Assembly (NCBI GenBank): GCA_964187785.1
Contig: OZ076421.1
Coordinates: 33,294,001 to 33,358,000 of the forward strand
Source: Amphiscolops sp. MND2022
Lineage: Eukaryota
Reading direction: 5' to 3'
DNA length: 64,000 nucleotides
In this document: in pieces, positions 13,001 through 26,200 of the stretch
How the letters are laid out: every line of letters begins with the position of its first letter
Position numbering within the stretch: position 1 is the stretch's first letter
Notes under the pieces: generated by a model
What the model was told of the DNA's origin: nothing
What the model saw: the letters and a program-made list of their open reading frames with translations, nothing else
The model's database searches: none
Program-made: the position numbers and the translations under genes

Positions 13001-13556
13001 CGGTCAACAATCTCAACGAGGAACCTAACTTGCCAAAAATAGAATCTGCACAAAATTGGTTCGATGCTGGAATGTAACTAGGAAATTACAAAGAGCTACG
13101 AACCAGATCCGGCACACGATATAGCACTTCAGATATATCACAAAATACTTACAGCTCTATCAACAGCGACGCGGACGATGAAGCTCCTACAGAAGATGAA
13201 CGTCAAGATGTGAACGAAACTATGAGTTGAAAACAGAAGACTTAACGGCGCCTAACCTACGTGCCTCTGAAAAGGTTAAAACAATAGAAATTCTCGATCT
13301 GTCGAAAACTATTACAGGAAAACACAGAACTTCAGCACGAGAACTCGTTAGCCAACTCGACAAGCTATCCAAAGAAGTAGAACTCAAGGTCACAACGATC
13401 ATACAAGAACAAATAAATGACCCAGTGCTCACTGTAGTTCGACAGTGGATAAAACGGGCCTACACCGAAATCACCCCAGTTACAACACTCGAAAGGCCTC
13501 ATGCGTTACTTTCAAGAGTTCGATAGACTAATAATAGAAGAACACGGAAACCTGAT
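10036..13556 (+). pseudogene. pol: Gypsy pol, protease-RT-RNase H part (many stops and frameshifts)
   Basis: FLLDT(R)A at ~10151 (protease), FSVSDLSSAFHQ, YIDD at 11994-12005, KVKFLGHVI, and RNase H IHVDSS. Confidence 0.9.
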
Positions 13557-14904
13557 TACGATACATGTCCCGCAAAAGTGGAAAGTGATCACTTGGTTTA
13601 AATAGTATTTTGGGTAAAATAGTCATTTACTGTAAATTGGTCAAAGACTGTAGTAATCCACTCGTGTAGTGGTGCAGCACAGTGTAATATGAACGCGGTG
13701 AATTCCAGTCAAAATGCGTAGTTAGTAAATAGTGTAAAACAGTCAAAATTTACAAGCTATTTTAGTAAGGTGTAATTGAGTCAAAGTTTGATTAAATTCT
13801 TCTTTTAATGAGGTATTCATTTACTAAACTACCGAAAAGTGTAAAGTAGTCGAAGTTTGACTAGTTTACGGCAATCTAATAATTGCTTCAAACACATTAA
13901 TTTACATTGGATAGTTGCTTGGAGTTTAATTACTTTGACTAAATTACGCATTAACTTTGATTAAATTACGCGATTACACAATTAACGCATACGTACATTA
14001 ACACATACATACATACACCAAAGTTTACATTGGATGACACATGCATGCAAAAGAATTCTAATCATTTAGTATGACTAACTATTTAAGTCAAATTAGGGTT
14101 TAATGATTTGAACTAATTGCTCACTGATCATGCCAGTAAGCAAAACTTTTAAATAGAAACTTTATGATTTGAATTCGTGATTAAACTCAAATCACTCAGA
14201 GTTCAATACTAGTCATCATTGAATCAATACGGAAAAACGGAAACATCTAGCAAGTGAAATTGATCCATTGCAATCTTCACAACAAAGTTCATATAACCAT
14301 CTTTAATATAGGTAAACCAATGACTTACAAAACGCGTAAAATAGTCAAGTTCATTACTGTGCTAGATGTTTAAACATAAACTAAACGTGTGTTCATTTTC
14401 CAACACACCACAGTGTTGAAGTATTGTTAGTTTGATGCATTTACAATCTTTGAGACCCTTCAGAGGCCACGTTCTCGGCGTGGGTCTTGTTATGGGCGAC
14501 ACTATGTGATCCCCTAACTGAGAGTTTCTTTAAAACTAAATTATACTGGGCAAAAGTAATTTTTCGTTGAGATTTGTAATCTCAGCAGTTATTTGTGCCC
14601 GACAAAGTTGATGGAAAAGTTTCACAAAACAAAAATTGTTGAAGAGAAAGTGGTCACGAATTTACAAATACAATTTCGTGAGTTCATTTTTTTCACCGGG
14701 TTATCAGTTTTCTTTTTATGTTAAATGAAAGTAATTTCATTTTTATGTTATTTGAAGCTGAAAGGCTTGAAAACCAAATTTTTGAATAGCTACAGAGATT
14801 CTAATTATATGAATATATACACCACATATACCACAAGTGAACGACAAGCAGCGCCACTTTCCTTTCACCTACGAAACTGACTTTGACAAAACTTCAAAAG
14901 CGTA

Positions 14905-14981
14905 AAAATTTTGCTTACTGTCATGATCAGTTTGATTAAATCAAAATTAATCAAACTGATCATGACAGTAAGCAAAATTTT
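14905..14981. repeat. Perfect 35-bp inverted repeat with a 7-nt loop
   Basis: AAAATTTTGCTTACTGTCATGATCAGTTTGATTAA-ATCAAAA-TTAATCAAACTGATCATGACAGTAAGCAAAATTTT. Confidence 0.95.
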
Positions 14982-16208
14982 GAAACATAAACCTTAAGGT
15001 TTGGATTTTTGAGATTACTGAAACATTAACGCATTGGAGTGAAGCATTGTAATAATACAAGCGTGATTGTAAAGCTGTTTAAAATGCAATCGTTACTTAG
15101 AACTGTTTAAAATATTATACAATTCAATTACAAAACATTATACAAGTCAAGTTTTTGATTTCAAAAATTTAAATTATTTTGTATCATGGATAGGCGCTAT
15201 ACAGAATAATAAATTATTCTTAACAAAAAATTCCTAAATGTATAACAAATCATTAGAAAGATCATGTAAAACATCATCAAAAAAATCAATTCAACGTTAG
15301 GACAAATTACAAATTAACAACTTGTTAATTGAATTTAGGAGTCGTGAAAAATATCAGTATGTTAGTTACACAATACAGTTAGTTATGCAATACAGTCGGA
15401 GAAACGAAAGATAAATTTGTGTGAGTTCAAATTTGTTTGCAATGCAACGGCATGTGGGGGATGGTGGCGCAGTTGATATTTCCCTTGTGTATGAAGTGAA
15501 GCTAGCACCGTTGTCTACCGCCGGATCCATCCCTTCACATACACACTCCTCGGCGACTCTATACTGACCACTCTGTATTACCACTTCACAGCGATCGGAA
15601 GGCATGATTGGAAGGTATAATTGATGGTCCAATTAACTGCGCTACTGCATCCTTTTTTGACATGAAAAAAAATCCGTTGCTGATCGTTGGTATTCCCTTT
15701 CACAGCGATAGGAAGGCACAATTGAAAATCCATCCCTTTTTGATTTGAAAAAGAATGAATCAGTTGTTGACTGTTGTTATCACAGCGATACGAAGGCACA
15801 ATTGAAGATTCACTTCATCCCGTTTTGATGTGAAAAAAAAAGAAGAATCAGTTGTTGATTGTTGAGCGATCAAATGATTTTTGATCACTGTATAATCAGA
15901 TTGCATTTACGCAACTCGTTAAACCTGGCAACGTAATATTTTTCATGTATTATCACGCGTGTGTTGATACAATGTTGCAAACAAAAGTTCACTTCGATGC
16001 TTGATGTTTTAGTTAATGCAAGTATTGAACATCAACATAACATCAGTATTGAATGCTGATTTGTATCGAATTCTAAGTGATTTGAATTCGAAATGAAGTT
16101 CATTTTGAATAACTGGCAAGATTAGATTACCGGTAAGATCTGCGAACAAACTTTTGGTTCCGTAATCTTGTATAATTTTGATTTTTATTCGAATTGAATT
16201 TCAATTTT

Positions 16209-16271
16209 GGGGAAATGAACCCGGTCCTAGAGATCGACAGCCTTGTATGCTACCGTTTATGCCACCGATCC
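16209..16271 (-). pseudogene. tRNA-derived (SINE-head-like) fragment
   Basis: The minus strand reads GGATCGGTGGCATAAACGGTAGCA...GACCGGGTTCATTTCCCC, with A-box-like and B-box-like motifs at tRNA spacing. The cloverleaf is not intact. Confidence 0.35.
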
Positions 16272-16566
16272 TTGTAGTCAATTGGATTTCAGTACCTTAT
16301 AATCTTGCACTGCTCAGCAAATTGCGTTAATTGAATAAATATATAGCGGGAGGAACCCTAATTGGCTGACGATATATTAAAATGAACTGTTCTGATCATG
16401 ACGGTAAGCAAAATTTTCAAACGTATTTTTATGATTTGACTTAATTGCTTCCTGAACATGACTCTATTCTCTAGAATGCTCTATTCTCTACAAGAAACAA
16501 ATAGCAAGCACACTCTCAGGGGATAAAAGATGTGTCGTGTACTAACACTAAAATTGGAAAAGGTTT

Positions 16567-16766
16567 NNNNNNNNNNNNNNNNNNNNNNNNNNNNNNNNNN
16601 NNNNNNNNNNNNNNNNNNNNNNNNNNNNNNNNNNNNNNNNNNNNNNNNNNNNNNNNNNNNNNNNNNNNNNNNNNNNNNNNNNNNNNNNNNNNNNNNNNNN
16701 NNNNNNNNNNNNNNNNNNNNNNNNNNNNNNNNNNNNNNNNNNNNNNNNNNNNNNNNNNNNNNNNNN
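16567..16766. other. Assembly gap (200 N)
   Basis: Run of N. Confidence 1.
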
Positions 16767-17062
16767 CTGGAAGTTTCAGTTTTTCTTGGGAATGAAGCTT
16801 TTCCATCTGCCTTTTGGACACTTCACTTCAAAGAGTTTCTCGTCAATTTGCTCATTGTCAAACAAACAAAACATGACTACTTGTTGTCAAAACTTCCAAT
16901 ATTTGTTATTCAAATATTTTGTTATCCAAATCTGGGGAACACTTACAAAACATGCTTCAACATCAAACCATCAAAGCATATTAAAATCAAATCTTCTCCA
17001 ATTTAACATAATTTCTCAGAAAAAATTAACCTAAATTCTCTTAAGTTCGTTTTACTGCTTTG

Positions 17063-17360
17063 TTTGAATTAATTGCTCACTGATCATGACAGTAAGCAAA
17101 ATTTTCAACAGTAACTTATGATTTGAACTAATTGCTCACTGATCATGACAGTAAGCAAAATTTTCAATGGTAACTTATGATTTGAACTAATTGCTCACTG
17201 ATCATGACAGTAAGCAAAATTTTCAACGGTAACTTATGATTTGAACTAATTGCTCACTGATCATGACAGTAAGCAAAATTTTCAACGGTAACTTATGATT
17301 TGAACTTATTTCCTACTGATCATGACAGTGAGCAAAATTTTTAATGATAAACTTTTTGAT
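17063..17360 (+). repeat. Five tandem ~59-bp units with a palindromic core
   Basis: TTTGAACTAATTGCTCACTGATCATGACAGTAAGCAAAATTTTCAACGGTAACTTATGA. The same motif occurs at ~14100, 14905-14981 and ~16390. Confidence 0.9.
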
Positions 17361-17888
17361 TTGAATTCTCGTGAATAAATTCGAATCACTTAGATCACCA
17401 ATACAAATCATCATCCAATAGTGATGTTTTTTACATTAACTCAAACATCAATCTTCGGAAGTCAAATTAATGCATTTCAATCTTCACAACAAAGTTTATA
17501 AAACCATCTTTAATATAGTTAAACCAATGACTCACAAAACGCGTAAAGTAGTCAAGTTCATTACTGTGCTACACTATTTGACTAATATACACCACGTAAT
17601 TAGTAAGACGGCGTAATTCAGTCAAAATGCGTAGTGGAAAATCGCGTAATTTAGTCAAAGTGCGTAGTACTGCATAAGTGCGTAATGCAGTCAATAAGTG
17701 TAAATTTATGGACCGGAAAATAGTGTAAACCAGTCAATTAGTGAAATTTAGTCACTCAGTGTAACTAATTATCACTTGGTGTAATAGGAAAAAAGTGTAA
17801 AACAGTCAACATCATAATAACTCACTGTGATTGGTTATTAATGCAAAACGCAAGATCTGGGAACTTGCTCGCGGGGATATGTATCGTA

Positions 17889-19640
17889 TTGCTCCTGTTT
17901 TAATGAGCCAACGGACGAACCGGCAGAAGAAAAATTGAGAATTTGCTTATCAGTCTCACTATTTCTAGCTTGCTTCAGAATGGGACCTTACAATGACCTC
18001 GGACACCACATGCGCGCTGAAAAAAGTGTTTCTAAAGGCAAAGCGCTTTTACTACTGGCCAGGGATGCCGACTGGGTTTGTGCCCTTACACAAGACTGTG
18101 TTAGCTGCCAATTTAACAAATCCAAACAACGAAGACACAACGAGGTTCCACTGGAAGACTGCAAAAACGAAACTCAAGTATTCATGACGGTTCATATCGA
18201 TCACAAGGTACCACTCAACACTCCCAGTCGTGGAAATTCACATTGCCTTCTCATCATCGATGCCTTCTCACGTTATTTGAAGGCATAACCAGTCAGGGAC
18301 ACGGGAGCACAATCAACAATCAACGCAATGGAAAAATGCATCATGCAGTATGGCATACCGCAATCTATATTACATGATAGAGGAACAGTTTTTGTAAACA
18401 CGGAAATCGCCAATCGGACTAAACAATTTTGCGTTACCCTTCGACCAGGAACGGCACACTCACCTTGGACAAATGTAGAACTCCAAAACGAACACATTGC
18501 ATGAAAATGGAAAACCTTCCTAAACAAAACAGGAATTAACTGGGACGAACTAGCAGCTAAATTTGCATTCGCCCACAACACAAGCGTCAACCACACAACT
18601 GGACAGACACACTACGAAATAGTGTTCTGTAACAAACACAAACACCTTATGAGTCTTAAGCTGGGACTTTATAGGAACAAAAACAAAAACTGCCAGTCAC
18701 TGTTCCGCAAAGATCTACCTCCCCCTTGCCATAGCGAAAACAAAGTAAAAAACGAACTACTGAACGAGTTATTACAACCAAAACTATCACAAATCATGCT
18801 AGAACGAGAAACAGCCTTCAAAAAGGTCTATTATCCACATAAGAAAAACGCAGAAAACAAACAGCTCGATCACTCGCTTACAGAAACAGGTTTAAACGCG
18901 GACATCACCTCAATAGGACAAAAAGTTTTGCTAGAAAACCAACGAAAGGATCTCTCCAAAAAGTAAAAAATTTCAACAAATGCGATTAGGATTCTTTACA
19001 GTTACCAAGAGAAATACCAACACAACTTACCAAATAAAAGACAATAAGAACCCTGAGTACCTCCGAACTGTACATAGGAATCATCTAATAGAGTACTTTC
19101 ACAAAGAGGAAACACTGCCCACTATTATCGCAGAATACACAACCCCCACGGTGGAGACACGGATTACTATAATAACTTGGTCAAAACTAGAATTGAACAA
19201 CTTAATGTTTCAGAACAACAAACTCCTGGGGATCTCTGCGTTTTACCAGTTCAAAACCAACAAAACTAGACACTCGTCCGCGAAAGGGCGAGAATCTCAC
19301 AGAGCACAGACTCTGGCATCATTTCTCCTGAGAGTCAATTGTTGATTACACTAATGACTCCTGCCCAGCCTCCCACATCCTGCGCCCGTGGTTCAACAAC
19401 CCCTATCTTAACACTAACGCAACAACAACCAACACCTGAACCACCAGCCAACAGCCCAACATCTTCATCTAAATCAACGACTCCCTTGCAAGAACTACGA
19501 AGAGCTGTAGCATTGAAAAGAACCCCCGCTACCAACGTGCACAACCAAATCAAGAAGCCCCACAGTCCATACTTTGCGATAGAACTCGAGTTGGTTTTAG
19601 GTCGTAACTCTCGTCATGCCATACCATAAAGTTTATCTAA
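17889..19640 (+). pseudogene. pol: Gypsy integrase with GPY/F-like region and low-complexity tail
   Basis: HHCC region (LGHH...DCVSC), IIDAFSRY, LHDRGTVF, and LGFFTVTKRNTNTTYQI..VHRNHL. Confidence 0.9.
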
Positions 19641-20405
19641 ATTTACCTTGGCAAGTTCCCCGAGAACTGCAATCCTTGGGAATCCTACAAGTTACCATTT
19701 CAAAAATCTACTCGACATACACAAACAAACAAGTCAGAATTTGTTTTTACTCCTCGACCCAAACTCTCACCTACAAGATCGACCCAAGCATCGCAAATCA
19801 AACCTTCCATTACAGTGCAAAGGCAAGCTATTTTGCTGCTTGTCATGGAATTCCGGGACACGAAAAATGAGACAGTGCGTACAGCTAAGCATTTGTTACT
19901 GGAATCCGTAGAATCCGGGACTGGGACAAATTTGCCAATTTTGCACGTTTAAAGGTATGGTCGGGCAATCCGAGGTATTGAAAGCACAAAATTGTTCTTT
20001 GAGCAAATTCATCTCGCCTATGCACTCTAATGTCATCTACGTCAGGAACCAAGATCCTTTGCCAATCTATACCAACACCTAGCATACGATGCAGTCATAC
20101 ACCACGACCTTTTCCTAGAAGAACTTCTATTCTACATGCCTACCCTAATACCTGACCTACAACCTTCCCTACCTAATACTCAAAAGGATCATTCTGCTGC
20201 TCTACTTTCTCCCCACCTAGCTCCTAGCTGACTTCATTTTCCCGATAAAACACTATTTTAAATTTTATCATTATGTTTTGATACACTTTGTGCAACCCCG
20301 TAGTGTAAATCACCCATAGGCGGACGAAGACCTAAGCAACTAGAAAAATGAATAAGGGTTAGAGTGGAGTAGCCTAACCGGCCTACTTCACTTCTAATAA
20401 ATCTT

Positions 20406-21011
20406 TTAGTAACTGTTGGACCGCTCAGCGTTGATCAAGTCAAGCCACAACCGACGAAAAGGCCCCCGTTGGTAAGTAGTCAGCTGGGAATAGCCACGAA
20501 TGAAACTTCTGAGCCGAAAAAGCAAGACTTCTCCCTGCTGGGCTAAGAGTCTTGGCTCCCACTGGCGCCCAAATAATTGCATCAAACAAGATGCGAATTC
20601 CACTGATATAGGTATCGCACCCACAACTATAAAACTGCGGAAGCCTCTAATCCACCGAGTTCTCTCGACCCACTCCTCCAGCCGGCAAACCTCCCCCCAA
20701 TCATATAAGTCCACGAAGGACTCATTTTCCAGGTTACCTGTTTCTCCGGTTTTCGCAAACCGTGCGGAGGACTCACGGGGGAATCGTAACTACGGGAGCC
20801 CCAACTAGACGAGATGTATCGGGGCGACTAGGTGCGGCCACAGACACAACTGACGGAGCCACCGAAACGGCAACAGAAGTGGCAGACACTGAAGGGGCGG
20901 GGGGACCTCAACAGCTACCAACTGCGAAGAGACCACAACGGTTGGAGAAGTCGGGGCGGTAACGCCCGATGCCCCACTACTGGCAGGATTATTCACATTG
21001 TTGCTGCTCAT
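20406..21011 (-). pseudogene. Antisense accessory ORF (~200 aa after correcting two frameshifts), function unknown
   Basis: MSSNNVNNPASSGASGVTAP (S/V/A/P-rich) joins to ESFVDLYDWGEVCRLEEWVERTRW...LWLDLINAERSNSY*. It is a GC-richer island between integrase and env. Confidence 0.45.
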
Positions 21012-21627
21012 TACTGAACACAAAATAACTATAGATAAAGTTACGTCATGTAAACCTGAATAAACACCCACTGATTTGAAATTTATTATATACATGCATA
21101 ACAACTTATCTTATAATCCAACTATATAATTTAGTATGTCTAGACTGATGACTTTATTGTCAGATTTGCTTTCTTTGACGAATATAAACTAAGTTACAAA
21201 AGATTTCAACGATGATCATAATTTTCAACGCGACAGTCGCCTTTCACAAATCACCGATAACCAGAAGGAACCCTCTACGCATAACAAACATCATCATCCA
21301 AGCCTACGCAATTGCAGAAGAAGAAAGTGAAACTTACAAGTGTGTGCGGGACCTACCCCCTACTGGAAAGTTTCCTCTACAATAACACACCGCCTCGAGA
21401 ACTCGAGAAGTCTTCGCGAAAGCCAAGTAAGTCATTTGATGTCACCTCCCGAGGTTTCCATCTCCCGTGACGACCAGGACTATTTCCAATCACATTTTCA
21501 ACCTCCCGCTATAGTTCTTTTCCCCATCCATTTCGGATCCAAAATACGCTAATCTCTTCCTAACTTTCAAGCAGTACAAACTTCAACACCCTGACGTCCT
21601 CAAAGACAAAGCTTCCAACGACTTCAA

Positions 21628-22147
21628 GTAGTCCATTAGTGCGTGTGCGAGACCTGCAACTTATTTTGAGTCAGTATCAACTGAGATAATCCAATGTCCA
21701 GGTTGGTGAGGTCGGAGGCTGTGGATTTCGATTTGAATTGTAGAAGCTGTCTCTTTCCAGGCAATAAAAAGGATTTCAAGAAGCGTTTCGAGGTGACGCC
21801 AGAGGCATTTTAACTGGATTTTAAACATCGTTTATGTCGAAAAGAGAGTGTAGGGTTAGCTACGAGTGTTATATCCAATAAATAAAGTAAGTTACTTCAT
21901 TTTTTGGATATAACACTCGTAGCTAACTCTCTTGTCGACATAAACGATGTTTAAACTCCAGTTAAAATGCCTCTGGCGTCACCTAGAAACGCTTCTTGAA
22001 ATCCTTTTTATTGCCTGGAAAGAGACAGCTCCTACAAGGCAAATAGAAATCCACAGCCTCCGACCTCACCAACCTGGACATTGCTTTATCTCAGTTGATA
22101 CTGACTCACATGAAGTTGAAGGTCTCGCACACGCACTAAAGGACTAC
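21628..22147. repeat. Long inverted repeat, ~250-bp arms with a 25-nt spacer
   Basis: 21628-21878 is the reverse complement of 21904-22147, apart from scattered mismatches and small indels. Confidence 0.95.
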
Positions 22148-22282
22148 AGACAAATTGCATACCTCGATCACATTCACCCTCTAGCACCTTTCCTTCTCAC
22201 CAAACTCAGCGAGTTTCTAGACACGAGGAAACGAAACAAACCCTCTCCCAGTTTCCAATCAATCCGCGACAATAACTACTGA
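21947..22282 (+). CDS. Small sense ORF (111 aa) upstream of env, function unknown
   Basis: ATG-initiated ORF. It runs past the right arm of the inverted repeat, so this arm is likely the original copy. Confidence 0.35.
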   Translation: MFKLQLKCLWRHLETLLEILFIAWKETAPTRQIEIHSLRPHQPGHCFISVDTDSHEVEGLAHALKDYRQIAYLDHIHPLAPFLLTKLSEFLDTRKRNKPSPSFQSIRDNNY

Positions 22283-22620
22283 ACCTTAACAAATGGTTGA
22301 CGTTAACCTTTTTCACATTTCTATTTCGGCACTTTTTAACAGTAGTGAGGTTAATACTATAAAACTTTAACTTTCGCTGCCGGTTTGATACTACAGCTTG
22401 CCTTTTTACGGCCTTACTACGGATCCTCAGCTATACAAAAAACAAAAACAAAAGGAAATTAAAATACTTACCTTACACTTAGGCACGTTTGAACAGTACT
22501 GAGGATACTACTATAAAATTTTAACATCCGCTTAGTGCAGTGCCCACTAAGCTCCCGGTTTGATATTAAGCTTGCATTTTTACGGTCTCTACTAAAAACA
22601 AACTCACTTCTTTTTCAAAC

Positions 22621-23290
22621 ATGAAACGTCACAACGTCCAATGCCGAACCTCGCTCTAGCGTTGCAAAAAAACTGCAAGTTACTCATTTCGACTGCGGCG
22701 AGCGAAATGACCCAAAAAAACTCTACGCGTTGAATCAAGTAGAGCAATGCAATGTGGCACCTGAAGATTTAGAAGTAAATCGTGCGAGCGTAACGTTATA
22801 CACTAAACATTTCTGCCGCACTATCAACGCCACTATGTGCCATGTGATACATCACAGTGAAAAATGGCATTGTGGTCATTATGACCACTCCAGTATGTCA
22901 ATCCTACACAACGGAATCACTAGCTGTCTTTCCGGGTCACCCGAAACTTGTAAAGCTATGGGTGAAGGCCGAGAAGTCATAATCCATGGCCAATCCCTCA
23001 AATTTACGAAAGGCAGGAAACAAGTACAGACAAGGCACGCAAAATATGGAAATGGTTGGGACGGAAAACTTGATCTTGATACCAGTAACGAGTGCAAGAG
23101 TGGTAGATGGATCAAACGCGAAATGTTCGAATCTCATATGCAAGACGCCGATTTGTCAGTTTAAAAACCCGCGACGGGGATGTCCTCACAGCTTTTCAGA
23201 TGATTCTCCCTTGCCCTCTTGAGCAACTTGGCTGCAAAACAACGTCATTGGACCCGTACGCCTATACATGGGCAGAACCCGATAACTGCG
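22621..23290 (+). pseudogene. env: env-like glycoprotein, 5' part (class III viral fusogen-like)
   Basis: THFDC, INATMC..KWHCGHYDH, PETCK, NECKSGRW and LPCPLEQLGCKTTSLDPYAYTWAEPDNC give a Cys/Trp pattern resembling chuvirus G / herpes gB-type proteins. Confidence 0.7.
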
Positions 23291-26200
23291 TGTAACGGCT
23301 GCTTGATCCCTTCAGTTGACCAAACTTTACACCGCCCTGAATTCGGTGCTCGGCACTGCGGATCGTTACCGAACACTGCTTGCTTCTTAGATTAAAAGGA
23401 CTGTATCTTGACTCAGTAGGATCCAATGATCCCGAATTGCACTTCTTCCTTGTCTCTTAACACGTCCAACTCTCCACAAGTTGAGAGTAACTAACTTAAT
23501 CGCCCTAAGCCTTTGGCGAAAAGTCGAAAAGAGGTGAAGAAATGAATTGAGAATTGAAATGATCCTAAGACCCAACTTGAATACATCTTTCCAATCAATT
23601 TGTGCTTAACTAGTTATGGTATACATATTGTTTACAATTCTTCGATAAATATAAGTCAAAATATGAAGTGTAAATAAATGACATTTAGGTGAATTATTGA
23701 AGTTATTGGCTATGTAAACAAACCATAGTGTGGGTATAGCATGTTGGTTAGGTGGGCTCTAAAGCATGTCTACACAATGTAAATATCATCAATTGCAACA
23801 GAGTTACATTCTAATGTGGTCATAATGGTAAATAGCAAAGTTTACATTATTGGCACCATGACCTTGAATTTCACACATATGAGGGGTAAAGGGGGTTATA
23901 ATGGGTGGATGACCTTGAAACTGGGCCGGTGGGTCCGTGTTAGGTACTTGCACATGTGTGCCAAGTTTCATGGCTCTATGATTAATAGTCTTGGAGAAAA
24001 CCCATTTGGGGGGGGTTTGACGAAAATTGACGATCGAATATTTTTCAAGTTTTCATCTAAGTTTCTAATAGTTTAAGTCTTGTTTCTCAATCAGCACGTT
24101 ACGTTCTGAATTGAATTTCTTTGCCGATTGATGACCGGCGCCAACATTGCCGGCCCTGTTTTTTTCCCGAAAATCACTTTCATAGAACATGGGTGCCAGT
24201 CTCACTACTGGTGGTCTGAGATTGTCATCAGTCATCGTTGTTTTTCTGAGAAATTCTGTACCGTAGTCATGTTTGCCAGTTGTTTGCTGTGTTCTTTCTC
24301 TACTGCAATGCTTCGCCAGCTCATTATCTAATCCCGTTCACTGACCATAAGGTAGTTTTCGACAAGTTCACATAATACAACCAAGTGTTTCCAAAAACTG
24401 TTCTCTCATTTGAAGTGAATTAGAAGATTATCCCATACTTGATCGTCAACGTCCGACATTCATTGAGTTCAACGAATTCCTTTTCTCTTGAACCTTTAAC
24501 AGGTATGTTACAAAATTGCTTCAGTACATTTAACTCGACATCCATAATTACTTCAACATCCAAAGAATAGATTTCCAGATAAGTCGAAAATGTCTCCAGA
24601 CAGTTTCCCAAGATTTGCTCTGCTACATCTTTCCTCATCAAAGTTGACTGACCGCGGGGGAGATATGTCAAAGAGGGTTCGTTCTCTAATCGTTCCATAC
24701 TCAAGCTTTCAATTTGGCGTTCGGAAGAGATTATTGAATCATCCATCATCATCACCAATAAATAAAGAGAATTTCCAACATTACAACGACTGGAGTTTTT
24801 TCTTTTGTGTTCAAGGCTCTCTTTGCATCCAATAGGGGAGGATTTGTGTTGTGAACTCAGTCGCAGCGCTGCATTTTGCTCTTTGCTTACAGACACGTCG
24901 TTTTTCGTAGCTACATCCGAGTTTTCTCCAAACAACTGCAATGCCGTGGAGTTTTGCTTCCGCTTCGGTTTGTAGAGATTCACTGTGCTTCTCTCACCAC
25001 AAAACATTCTTTTCATTTAGGTTTTTATCCGCTTCGATAGATCAGCAGAAACTTCCAATTTACCAAAAGACCCATGCCGAGTCCACATTGTCTTGAAAAG
25101 TGCAGCCGGCCCATTGCAAGACCCGTTGCTCCAACTTGTTGTTGGTACTTTCAAAGAACACATTTGCGTTCTTGTCACTGATACGTTGTCTGTCAAATCA
25201 TGTAAACAAAATGTGTCATCTCGTGTTCCATTCTCATTCAACTGAGATCTTTCCTCCGTTCCATGAATCAGGTTCCAGTTATGTTCAATCTTCCAAATTC
25301 TTCTCTTCGATTGCTTGCGGTGGCCGTTGCTCAATTGAGTTTCATCAATGTCGTTAGCTTGTGCCACTGCGTCCATTCCAGAGTTTCCATTACCAGTCCA
25401 AGGGTTCCATATATTACTATGACTCGGGATAGTTTCTTCTAAAAGACTTTCATTGAAGTCGAAATCCGATTTCTTTCCAAAGGTTGCATTCACGATTTGT
25501 GTTTCAGTTTTAGCATTGCCTTTCGCGGGTTTATCATGTTTCATTGCAACGTGGCATAACTTTTGATACATGACCATTTCATTCAAGTCTTCTGGCAGTG
25601 TATATCGTTGCTCATTCACAAAGTCATAACTTTTGACAAACTCATAACATCTGTTTCTTTCTTCAAGAAGTAGAGTAATGTCAAAGAACACTGTCACTTG
25701 GAATAGTTTCCCCTCTCGCACGTCCTGTAGTACGGTGGAAACTTCTGCTGACCTTCCTTGCAGCAGTTCAAATTGCACGCGCGGTTCTTCCAAAGTTTCA
25801 TTTTTCGATGATGCGTAGGCTAAGCTTCGATGCTCTGGCATTGTTTCAGTCATTTTGTAATCCAAAGTCTCCTCTGTTTGCACTACCAAGTGCTCACTCA
25901 TGACCAAGTGAATCTCTTCTTCAAAAACTTGTTCTGTATCCACGAGGAGGGTTACTGATTGGAAGTCTTGCCAGCCATTGTCTACAACGAACGTTTCTGG
26001 CCAGTTCCACATCCATTCTGCGATTAGATTTTTCGAGGTTCCTTTGTTTGCATTGCTTTCAACATTTGTCATATTTGAGTCTTCCTGTGCATCACGTTTG
26101 ATAGTTTTGTCTTGCAACTTTCTATGGTTTGGACACTTGTCTGAACACTTCATCTGCTCAGGTTTCCATTTTTTCACTGTACACTTTCCTTTTGTTGTCC

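Larger units (their letters stand above)
13559..17886. mobile_element. Non-autonomous TA-targeting (Tc1/mariner-type) DNA transposon inserted in pol
   Basis: TA|CGATACATGTCCCGC ... GCGGGGATATGTATCG|TA gives imperfect TIRs with a TA duplication. Removing the insert rejoins pol sequence (EEHGNL...NEPTDEP..LRICL). No transposase ORF was seen, and the insert spans the N gap. Confidence 0.75.

Noticed and set aside
16516-17006. ORFs spanning the N run
   Set aside because: They are artefacts of translating the assembly gap.
23816-24076. 86-aa ORF repeated at 27227-27442
   Set aside because: It lies within the LTRs, its length differs between copies, and it looks like non-coding repeat sequence.
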